Part shown: one piece after another, positions 27,801 to 38,928 of the stretch | Position numbering within the stretch: position 1 is the stretch's first letter | How the letters are laid out: each line of letters begins with the position of its first letter | Notes under the pieces: generated by a model | The model's database searches: none | Seen by the model: only the letters and a program-made list of their open reading frames with translations | What the model was told of the DNA's origin: nothing | DNA from: Adineta vaga | Lineage: Eukaryota; Animalia; Rotifera | Length of the DNA: 64,000 nt | Assembly: GCA_021613535.1 (NCBI GenBank) | Contig: CP075494.1 | Coordinates: 9,486,001 to 9,550,000, forward strand | Direction of reading: 5' to 3' | Position numbers and translations under genes: made by a program

Positions 27801-30800
27801 CAAGACAATGATAGAATTCATCAAGATGGAGAATATTTAATATACCTGTCCGCCAAAATCCCAAACACGAAAAGTAATTGGACCTAGGGTTGTACGTGGC
27901 GTTTTCTCATAGGTCCACTCTGATATATCCAAAATTGGAAAATTACGAACGGTTGTAGATTTCTAAACATAATCGAATGAAATGTGTCCTATGCTAATCT
28001 TTACAGGATGAATAAGACATACTTTTCGTTGATTTTGTTGAGCATTATTCATATTTGTACTTTCACGTTTACAAACTTGAAATAATGATGTTTTTCCTGT
28101 TTGTTCATCGCCAAGTAACATTAATCTCATTTTATTGTAAATTTTTGTACTAAACATAGACAATTTAAAGAAATTTTCAATCGAAATTCAAATCTTACTC
28201 ATCACATAAACTTTTCATATAAGCAATAATTTCTGCTGTTCGATAATTATTCGCTATGAAAGAAGATAGGGGCTCTTTTGTTATATCAATCATAGCTGTT
28301 GATTGTGTACCAAGCATTTTGTTTTTCGACGTTGGAAATAAATCTAAAAGAATAAATATTTCAGATGTATTTTACAGATAAATGATTGTTTGTCTTGTTT
28401 TTCTTTATACAATAAATTAGGAAAAAACAAAAGAATATTGATCGATTAACATCATTTTATACTGCAATATCAAAACGAGTGATTTATGTTTATTATTGAA
28501 ATCTGACGAGAGAAATTCAATCAAGTTGTCTTGTTTCATTTTCTACACGATCGACCACAACCGTGAAGATCTAAATTCCATAATTTCTGCATTGAACCGA
28601 TTGATAATGGAATCTAGAAGAGAAGAAGAAAAAAAAACAGTTATATCTTTTCTTTTTCTCAAGTATTTTTCTATCTTACCTCTTTGAGAAGAGAATTATC
28701 TCGTAATATCAATGTTCCAAGATTGCCTAATAATGAAATACTTATTGGGATAGATACCAATTTATTTTGGCTTAAATTTAAACGAGTTATTGCCGGAAAT
28801 AATAACGATGAGCGTAACATTGTCATGTCCGTATCCGGCGATAGTTTTGATATTGACTACAAATTAATATAAATCTTATTGTCTGAAAAAAACAACATTT
28901 CACTTACTGATAATGTTAATTCTTCAATAAGATTATCACCAAGATTTAAATCATGAAGAAATTCTAGTTTAACATGTCGTCGATGTGGACAACATTGATC
29001 GGAATGGTCTGATTTCGATGATGGATTGAGTCCAATTGATAAATTAGCTGATGTTAGAAGTTTATGTCGAGATACTGATCGACTCCGACGTCGTTTTGCT
29101 GCATCTAATTGTGAATTTGTTTCTTTTAATTCTGGTCGATAACAAATATTTTCAGGCGAAATATTTTCATTATGACGATTTCTTCGATGTGATTTTTCTT
29201 TTCGTGATAATGATGATATTAATGATTCAGATAAAATACTAGATTGAAGACGATTAAATGATAGATCAAGCATTTTTAAACGTGGTGGATAGGAAGATAC
29301 ATTGGATGCATCGGTAAGAAGATTGTGTGAAAGATTTAAAGATGTTAAATATGGAACAAGACAACAAAGCATTGGCGGAAGAGTTTCGAAATGATTGTAA
29401 GAAAGATTTAAATTAGTTAAACGACTTGCCGTCGATGATGAAGAGGAAGAGGAAGAAGAAGATTTTGTATTTGGTCCTGATTGTTGATCATCATCTGTCG
29501 ATGGAGCAATATGATTTTGCCAAAGACAGAGACGTTTTACTGGCATGGATTGTAATGTAGATGGAGGAGAATTCTGATAGGTTATTTTTAATTTTGCTCG
29601 TCGTTCAATTTCATCATCATCGTCCGGTGATGGTGGCATATCATCTGTTGAAATTTGAACAAATGTGGTCGAACGAGGAGGAGCGGAAAGAGGAGCAGAT
29701 AGTGTCGAGAAATCTACAGTTGTTGCTGACGATGATATTGTTGGAGATTTAATATCAAGCATAGTTGGTTTAAGAGACGAAGCGAAGTTTGGTTGTGGAC
29801 GTAATTCACTTGCTGTACGATTTTGAGTTCCCGAATGTCGTGCTGATAATTCACAAAAAAAGAAGAAGAAGAAATTATAACAAAATATTTTTCCGATTGA
29901 AAGTGTTGCTTACATGTCATATGACGTCCAAGTTTTTCTGCATGTTTTGTCGAAACAACCGCTGGTGTTGGCAATTCTTTCAACGAATTATTAGCAACAT
30001 TTAAATCAGTCAGCATTGGTGCAGACCATATTTCAACAGGTAAATATTGAAGTTGATTATGAGCTATAAGATATACATATATTTTCTTATCTTATAAATC
30101 GTTGTTACTCTACCTGCATATGCTCTTTGTAACGATCGTATTTGAAACATAGCTGGTGGTAAACAAGTTAATGCATTATGTGATACATCTAATTCTACTA
30201 ATTGATGACATAACCAAACATTATTTCCATTTGGTAATTCTCCTAATTGATTATTCGAAACATTTAATATTCTCAATGAATACATTTGAAAAAGAAATGC
30301 TGGTAGATTTTCTAAGGAATTATCTGATAAATCGATACGTGTAATACAATGAAAGAGTAAATGACGATTAGTTGATGTTATATCTGATAGTTGAGTAAAC
30401 GTATCTTTATTAACAAATATTGACGCTTGAATAAACCATAGAGGATCAAGAGTTTTTAATGGACCATAATGATGCCATTGAATACCAACTGGTATTGATG
30501 GAATTGGTGATGATAATGGAATTTGAGTTGGTATTGTTGTAGGACGTGTAGAAAAACGATTTTTAATTTGTTCGAAACCTGTCGTTAGAATTTGATATCG
30601 TTTACTTGGGCGTCTTTTCAAAATTGGTTCCATAGAATAATTCGAGTCTGATATATTATTATTATTATCAACATTTTTCTCATCTGTTGTATTCATCCAA
30701 ATTTTTGTTAGATCAATTGTTGACCAAAATTTATCATCAAATGGATATAATACATTGGATGTTAATTGTCGTTTAGTTAATTTAAATTCATTGTCTTGTA

Positions 30801-33800
30801 GAACACGATATTTCAATAAATGACCAATAAGATATGATTGTTTGCAAGCATTATAAGCAAGAAATTCTTTGTCTGTTGCATGAGAATTAAGTAGATATTC
30901 AATCAAATGAATATGTCCAAGACGACAGGCACAGGAGAGTGGTGTAGAACGAGTAACAAAACATTGTTCTTCATTGGATACTTGACTGGCAATTTCTTCA
31001 TATGGTAAGTTTACATTAGCACCGTTTGAAACAAGTAAATAAACTAATTTGAAATTTTGTTGTTCAATAGCTTCATGTAATGCTGCTCGACCATTATTAG
31101 AATAGACATCAAGATTAAATGGACAAAATGATGACGTAATTTTCTGTAGAGTTGTATTAAAATCCGAAAGAGTAGTAATTGAACCTATGAAGAAATATCG
31201 AATGATCGTTTTCTTATTGAAAAGATATTTACTTTCGGAATTAAAATAACTATGAGTTGATCGACGTTTAAATAATTCAATTTCTTGAGCAGTTAATCCA
31301 TGAATACGAAAGGAAAGAAGATATTCTACAACATCAATATATCCACCAAGTGCAGCTAAATACAAGCTTGTTTGATCATTTAAATCTTGTGCTAAAAAAA
31401 ACAACATAAATATTTCCACGTCTTATATGTTTATAGTTTGTAAACAATTTTCTTCACTGAAATCTTGACAATGTAATTTAATACTCTTTCTAACAGAATT
31501 TAATCTCATGTATATTGTAACTGTATACGAATGTATATCAAGAGAAGTATTACACGAGATGAAAGTCTATGTCATCAAGGAAATCGTATCTTATCAGTTG
31601 TCTATATTGAGAAATCTATAGACTTAAAACTACTACATCAAACTTTTATTTCGAAGTTATACCATTGAGATTAAATGGAAACACGTAGGAACGTTGTAAA
31701 CGATCAGCAAAAAGTGAACAAGATGCGAATGGATAATTTGGATAAGTTAATAGAAGTTGTACAATTGCTAAATGACCTTGTGAACAAGCAGCAGCAAATG
31801 GAAGAATTTGTTCTAATGTTGCCACTGAGACTAAATGCGGAAAATGCTAAACAAAAAACAAAAAGAGAAATTCAAATAATCAATAAAGTTTATTATCTTA
31901 CAGTTAGAAGCATTTGAACAATTTCAAGATTTCCAATTCGACAGGCTATGTACAATGGTGAATAGGATGTTTGACGATGTGGTTTAGCAATAGCTCCATG
32001 TTTTAATAATAATTTCACTAAATCAACATTTCCCGTACGACATGCTCGATATAAAAAATTCAATGTATCACTTCCATTTGGACTAGAATTCAATACTGCT
32101 TTTGCATGAGCACCTAAATGTGCTAAACATTCCGCTGCTTTTTCAACATCACCATCAAAACAAGCATCGAGTAATTCTAAATAGGATAATTATTTCTTTG
32201 TTCGTTTGTTTCTCATTCACAAAACTTTACTCTTTTCCGTTTCTTGTCGAACTTGTTGTCGAAGTTCAATTTCATTCTGAATCATTTCTACTGTATCAAC
32301 TTTACGATTCATTTGTGCTAATGCTAATGATGTATCACCATGTTTATCTTTTATCGTTACATCAGCTTTATGAAATAGTAATAGAGCCAAAATTTTTTCA
32401 TTTCCCACTGCAGCAATTACATGTAATGGTGTCTAAACAAAATACATGAGAAAATAACTAAATAACAAAAAAATTCGATCTAAATTTCTAAGAATTCCTT
32501 TGTTAATTAAAAGTTTTGGAGTAGTCTTAGGAAATTGTAGACTTTCGAAAGTCTTTTTCATTCTTGTTAATAGAGGATATTTTCCTTGTTTACAAAAATT
32601 TCCACGAAAATCATCTAAATCTAAGGACCAGATCATCGCTCCAGCTAAACGTTCTTTCGCAATAAAACGACATTTTTGTTCGATTGATTGCTGATTATCA
32701 TAACCAACCCATTGATCATTTTTATATGCAAATGGTACTTGTTGTTCTCTATCATATTCTGTAGACCATTTTTGTTTATTAATCAAATCACATATTTCAT
32801 AATATGATAAAAATCCATTATTAGCGGTGTAATTACCCGATGAACCAGCACCAATCGATGGTGCATATGGTTTAACATCAGGATTTTTCTTTTGTGGTAA
32901 TTTAAATGTTCGTCCATACGTTCCAAGACCAAGAACAAGTTTCGATGATTGACATCCACCATCAATCCATGTATCGACAGTTGCTTGTTGATTTAAAAGA
33001 CGTTGTTGATTCGTTTCAGTTGAACGTGGATATAATGGACTATTAAAACCTATATACGAATTCCAACTACCTAAAAAATTAGAACGTTTCTTTTCGAACG
33101 AAAAAGAACTATTTTTGTTCGATTAAACAAACCATGGTAATCATAAGCCATGAGATTGACATAATCAACAAATGAACAAACGTTTTGTATATCGTATGCA
33201 ATTTCAGTTTTTGGTCGATAAGCTCCAACAGCTATTGTTAGTAGAAGTCGTGTTCGATTCGTTAAACGAGCTTCATTTTGAAATTCCATTCGATAATCAC
33301 GAACCATCGAAGAAAAACTACGTCGATCAATTTCATTTTCTGGAAATTCCCAATCGAGATCTAAACCATCAAATCGATATTTTCGTAAATATTTAATCGT
33401 ATTTCGTACAAATTCTCGTCGTATTCTTTCATGTTGAAAAACTTGTCGAAATTGTGTAGTATTGACTGTTGCACCACCCAATGTTAATAACGTTTTCAAA
33501 CGTCGATTTTTACTTTTTAATAAATAGATTTGTTCATACAATCCTTTCGATATAGTCGATTTTGTTTGATTATTAACTTTAATTGGTATGAATTCAATAT
33601 CATTGAGTTCAAATGGACTTGGACTACGAGTTACAAGATCAATATTCGCAAATGCATAGTATAAATGTGTACAAAGCGTTGGATCAATATGTGATGGATC
33701 AAAATATCCAATACCTTGTCGATATTGAGACCAATTTGTAAAATAACAACCGCGAACAAATTGTTGACTATGTCCCGAATGAATAAGTATTACTAGTAGT

Positions 33801-34358
33801 ATTAGTAATATACATCTTACATACATGTTGATTTCGTTTTCTTATGAGAAAAATATGTCTGTTAGTTTTAACTTTATATCTATACTTCCTTCTTCTTCGA
33901 TCTATGTAAATAGCAAACAACTGTTTAAATAGAAAACGAAAACCTTTGCTATCGAAAGAAGACATTCCGATGAAAAAAAATGTACTTTCGATAAGAAATG
34001 AATCTATTCTTACTTGATAATCATAACGTTCACCAGCTTGAATATTTAAATCAGCACCATGATCAATGAGTGCCATAATAAATTCCAAGGATGAATCGAG
34101 AACTTTTGTATCATTTTGCAGTGTAGCTTGTGCAGCAGAAATACATGCTGTAAGTAAAGGTGTACAACCAAAACGATCTGTTGCATCGATATTATTAATT
34201 TCATCACCTGTAAGAAGATCCTACTCAGGAAAAAGAACCTTGAATTTACATAGCTTTTTTTCGTAGAATTTTACTTTGAGAAGATCAACATTTAAATATA
34301 ATGCAGCTTGATGCAGAAGTTTTCCTGGATAATTATCATCGTCATCATCGTTATTCAT
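21846..34358 (-). CDS. LRRK1: Leucine-rich repeat kinase (Roco; ANK-LRR-ROC-COR-kinase-WD40), LRRK1/Lrrk/LRK-1 type, many exons
   Basis: YPGKLLHQAAL N-terminus, ankyrin repeats, LRRs, ROC LMLLGDEQTGKTSL..VWDFGGQ..IIVGTH, COR FWSRLFTRLL..DTLLEDWYPEMGTRFVQNSKG, kinase GQGTFG..IIYLDLKSENILVW..DFSISR..APE, WD40-like tail. Confidence 0.93.
27225..27638 (+). CDS. Tctex-1-domain (dynein light chain Tctex-type) protein nested antisense in LRRK intron 26808-27658; exons 27225-27269 and 27330-27638
   Basis: MSGIPVKFVDDLFTN|IVRNQVNELINLPQIQELSY..NYKVIIQVI..ILIMSQCLWNSRTDD....EN....LVVIHGL matches the Tctex YK..VQV..SRCLWD..TD pattern; clean 60-bp GT-AG intron. Confidence 0.8.
32433..33826 (-). CDS. GH18 chitinase (2 exons), signal peptide and hydrophobic C-tail, nested on the same strand in LRRK intron 32433-34013
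   Basis: CYFTNWSQYR, LCTHLYYAFA, FDGLDLDWEFP catalytic motif, VNLMAYDYHG|SW, KLVLGLGTYGRTF, QWVGYDN, GAMIWSLDLDDF. Confidence 0.96.
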
Positions 34359-35424
34359 TTTCTACTATAATATCAACTATATTACGAAGAAGAAATGAGA
34401 TATTTCATTCGAATTTTTCGTTGATACAAAACAAAATTTTTGGCAGAAGAAAAAACTTTTCTTATATGACTCGATTATTATATTCTGTTGTCATTTTTTT
34501 TATTTGTAAACATTTTAACCAATCATTTTCAAGTAGAGACATCTGTTCAAAAAAGATACACGATTGGAGAAAGAAAAGAAAATGTTCTCATAATGAATGC
34601 ATTTACTCATAGTTAGTTGAAGCATCATCAATCATCATCATCTCGATCTCAGTTTGTCATTTGTCTAAATTAACAATTTAATTCAATTAGCACATAGTGA
34701 TAAATGAAATAAGATCTTCAAATTCATTCTTTTGTCATGTATGATGACATGCTTATTTATTAATCGAAGCGTTAGTTTCGAATATATTGCATTTCGAAGT
34801 GAAATATACATGTTGTTGTTGTTGTTGTTGTAATGTATGACCTCATATGACGAGTGCATTAAAGTATGAGAAAGAGAATTCTCGGCCATCTATACAAATG
34901 CTCTTTCACATTCATCAACTAATAGTCTCGACGTCTTGTCGACTCGTTTCGGTCAAATACTTAAATAGCTCATTCATTATCGGTCAATCATAATATCGAT
35001 GCATCGAAGGCATATTTGTCTCTCTCTCTTTCACTTTCAATAAATGTGCGATAAAGACATAAGGATTGTTTTGTATTACTTTTTCTTCTCGTCAATTACA
35101 TTCACACTATGACGAGACAAAAATATTTCACTATCATTATCAATGTTACCACTTGTGTTGCTTATGATTCATACATTTTGACATTCTTTATTCCCTTACC
35201 CACACACCTGCGCGATAAGAAAACTGAATAAACTTCAATGATTAACATATTTTATTATCAACAACGACAATAGTATAGAATGTATTGTATTACAGCTGTT
35301 TCATAATCATTTTTCTTTCTTTCTTTTCGTTCTCGACGTTTATTGTTGACTAATACTACTATTCCATTTTTCTTCTCATATAAAATCCTCGTCAGTTTCT
35401 TTTCTATTACTCATTCACCCAAAT

Positions 35425-36055
35425 ATGGGCAAAATACTTTCAAAAATATTCAAAAAATTATCTGCTGATGGACCTAAACGTATTCTCATGTTAGGTTTGG
35501 ATAATGCGGGTAAAACGACAATACTCTATCAAATGAAACATACAGAAGATTACAATACTGTTCCCACAGTTGGTATGTTTGTCTTTTAATCAGATGTAAA
35601 AAACGAAATTTTGTTTTTTCTTAAACAAAGGTTTTAATGTTGAAACAATATCACCATGTCGTGGAATATCGTTAACAGTTTGGGATGTTGGTGGACAAGA
35701 TCATTTACGAACATTATGGCATCATTATTTCGATAATGTAGATGGCTTAGTTTTTGTTATTGATTCAAGTGATCGTCAACGTCTTTCACTTGCCAAAGCA
35801 GAATTAAGAGGAATCTATCATCACGAAACAATGAAATATGTACCAATGGTTATTGTTGCAAATAAACAAGATAGTCACGAAGCTTTGTCTACGAATGCAA
35901 TCCTTGAAAAACTTGAATTAGATCAATGGACACATGGACCATCTGATATTGTATCATGTTGTGCATTAACAGGCGATGGTCTAACGAATGCATTTACAAT
36001 TTTAGCAAAAATGATTCGAAAGCAATCGAAAACTCGACGATTAGAGATGAATTAA
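35425..36055 (+). CDS. ARF/ARL family small GTPase (2 exons)
   Basis: MG myristoylation start, GLDNAGKTT, PTVG|FNVET, VWDVGGQ, VANKQD, CALTGDGL. Confidence 0.93.
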
Positions 36056-37082
36056 GATACATTGTTTTGTATATCTTTTCTTCTTTTTCAATGTCAGATC
36101 AAATATTTTATACGGTGATTTTCATTCAATAGGTATTGGTTTATTTTTATATAAAAAAATAAAAAAATAAAAAAATAAATGTGTAATTTTACTTCATGTC
36201 GAGTAACAAACGCATCCCATTACGTATGATTATGACACATTCATTTTTCATTCAAATGACGTCATTATGATTCAGTCGTGACTTAGTATACAATCAAACC
36301 ACTGATTAGATTTTCAATATACATATAATAGTCAGTTTCAAAACGCATGGAGATTGATTGATGAAAGTATAGGTATTTTTGTTTTGATCAAAACAAAACT
36401 AATGTCAAGGGCTAAAGTGAAAACATCGGTACATTCCTTCTGTTATAAAAATAATCATAAGAAAACATACAATGTCAAACATGAACTACATATTTCTGTT
36501 GAAGAAAAGAGCAAGTCTGCATTCTTTTGTAACAAGTAGAGAATCGAAATTGATTCGGATTATTAAACAAGATATACTGTGTACAAAATCATGTGACTGC
36601 ATCATCAGAAGAATCAGTTAGTTTTACAGCTGCTTAATTAATCATATGTATATCATGTTATTCTATTTTTGAAGTAATTAGTATTAAAATATAGTAGATA
36701 CAAAATGTCATATGTTCTTGTTTCTGAAAGAGAAAATCAAATATCAAGTGTTTTCATATAATCTAAAACAAAACTTTCATGTTTTTTTCAAAGGCCATCA
36801 TGCGACAGTTTTATCACAAGATAAACTTTGCTCTTTTCTGCTTAAAATAGAAAAAGAACTCCAGTATAATTGTTGTTGACGTGCTCTAACAGATTTATCT
36901 AACTGATAACTATCAACTAGTCTGATATTTTCTTTGGGAACAAGACTTATTGTTCTCTGTATAGTTTCGTCCAAATTTGTCTGAAATGTAAATTTCGTAT
37001 AAAGCAGTATCATTGTTTCTTTGATAGCAATATGGTAACATATTTATTCCTTATTTCAGATCAAACCTTTTAATACAATCAA

Positions 37083-38414
37083 ATGTTTAATGATCAGTTA
37101 AATAAAGAACTTACTAACTTATCACATAGGTTAACAATTCCAGAAGATTTACTGAAGATTGGTAATTTTCATATGCAAACTATCTTTTCACTATTACAGA
37201 AGAAATCGGATTATAATTTGGATCGAGCACGATTAGTGGGTGGTGTAGGTAAAAAGACATCAATCCATGTTAAATTTGACTATGACTGCGTCATTTATAT
37301 TAATAATGTTCATCCGACGTTCGAGAATATTTTAGATGAATGGGAAGAAATATTGACATTACATTTGAAGAATCTTGATGAGGAAATAAAATGCACCAAA
37401 TGTAGCATTCAGTTTAGTATTCAAGGTTTTGGTTTTGACATCTTACCTGCACCAAACTATGCTGGTCCGAATCACGATTATATGGTGCAAGCTGAATGTG
37501 TTTGGAACAAAATTTCAGAAGCTAGAAATAGTTCGAAAGAAAAAAACGTATCCTATATTTATAGCTCCGGACTTTCCGAATTAGCATTGTGGTTTATACA
37601 GAAACAAACTGCATCTATTCATGATTTATGTCGATTAGCAAAGTTTTGGAATTGTACAGTATTGTTTAAACAACATGTTAGTGGTCGTTCAAGTTTCATC
37701 GAATATTTAGCGGTCAAAGCAGGACAAGAAGAAGAGTGTGCAGCTATCACTAACAAGTTGTCAATCTTACGAGTGTTCCGTCGATTTTTAAAACATCTAA
37801 CTGATTATAAACAAATGGGAATTGTATTCAATGACTTCTACTCTCAAAAAATGACTCCTTTATATAAAAAACCATTTTTAGTCGATCCCTCTAATCCACA
37901 CAATAATTTTCTTGATGGTGTCCCACACGATTTTTTACCTACATTATCAAAATATGCACAAGAAACACTTTATCGATTAGATAGATGTGAACAAAATTTC
38001 ACCGTTGAATTTGAAAAATTATTCGATCCACAACCAGATTTTCGAAATATTTTCAGACAGGAATATAGAATTGTTCCTTCCGAAATAGTAATAGGTAGCC
38101 GTCAAAATCATCCTGGCCAATCACCAACATTAATTCAACGACGTGAAGTATTCGATCGGAATACAATAGAATACTTGAAAACATCGATGGCATGTGTTTT
38201 AGCACATTTAGTGAATACTATTCGAGATGTGTCCGAAGAAGAAATAGTAAAGAAAGCACAGAGCGCATGTAAGGATCTTATTAATCGTACCATCTATAAC
38301 GGGAATGATGTATTCCAACCAACAACAATAAAACATGAAGATTGTGACATTACTTTTATTTTACCTTTAAATTCAGAGAAAAAGGACGCAATGTACATTT
38401 CAATGAATAAATAA
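37083..38414 (+). CDS. Intronless 2'-5'-oligoadenylate synthetase-like nucleotidyltransferase with C-terminal extension
   Basis: [21 protein letters not shown] aligns without gaps to OAS1 [36 protein letters not shown] and [12 protein letters not shown] match OAS FDVLPA, SLIRLVKHW and PVILDPADPTGN. Confidence 0.85.
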   Translation: [443 protein letters not shown]

Positions 38415-38928
38415 TCTATTTTTCTTCACTTCTGATATATTAAATCATTCGAGAAAGAGTATCAGGAACGAACTAACATTCTGATGATCCTATTTGGTTG
38501 TAATTCATTCTATCGCAACTCATAGTATTGAGAAGAATGATTGAACTCTTTCAAACAATTGACATGGAATATAATCAGTTTTCAGATACGAAAAGGCGTT
38601 AACAATTAAACATGGTCTGCAATTGTGAAATAAATCAAGATTGGTAATGAAGATAGAAAGACGATCGTTATTTTATCATTCAATATTAAATAGACAAGTA
38701 TATATTAGTTTTACTTTTGTTTTGAAATCACACACAACTAATGTCGATGCGATAGTTTTCAATTAAACAATCTAGTAATCTAGTGCATATTTCCTTTTAC
38801 CCATATATATACCGATTATCGATCTCACAATAAAGCTAATATCTAAGCATATATTAGAAACATATGTTATGATCAACATGCATCAAGACAACAGTTAATA
38901 TTTAGTTCACTATAGGCATTACTGTTTC

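Noticed and set aside
31555-31630. GAAAGTCTAT...ATAGACTT read as the RNase P/MRP P4 helix
   Set aside because: Spacing between the halves is too short, the other conserved regions are absent, and wobbles favour the opposite strand.
36798-37013. 71-aa minus-strand ORF upstream of the OAS-like gene as a partner effector
   Set aside because: No recognisable motif or supporting exons; cannot be told from chance.
3579-38414. Functional link between TENT5 and the OAS-like gene (both pol-beta NTases)
   Set aside because: More than 30 kb apart with unrelated genes between; no evidence of linkage.
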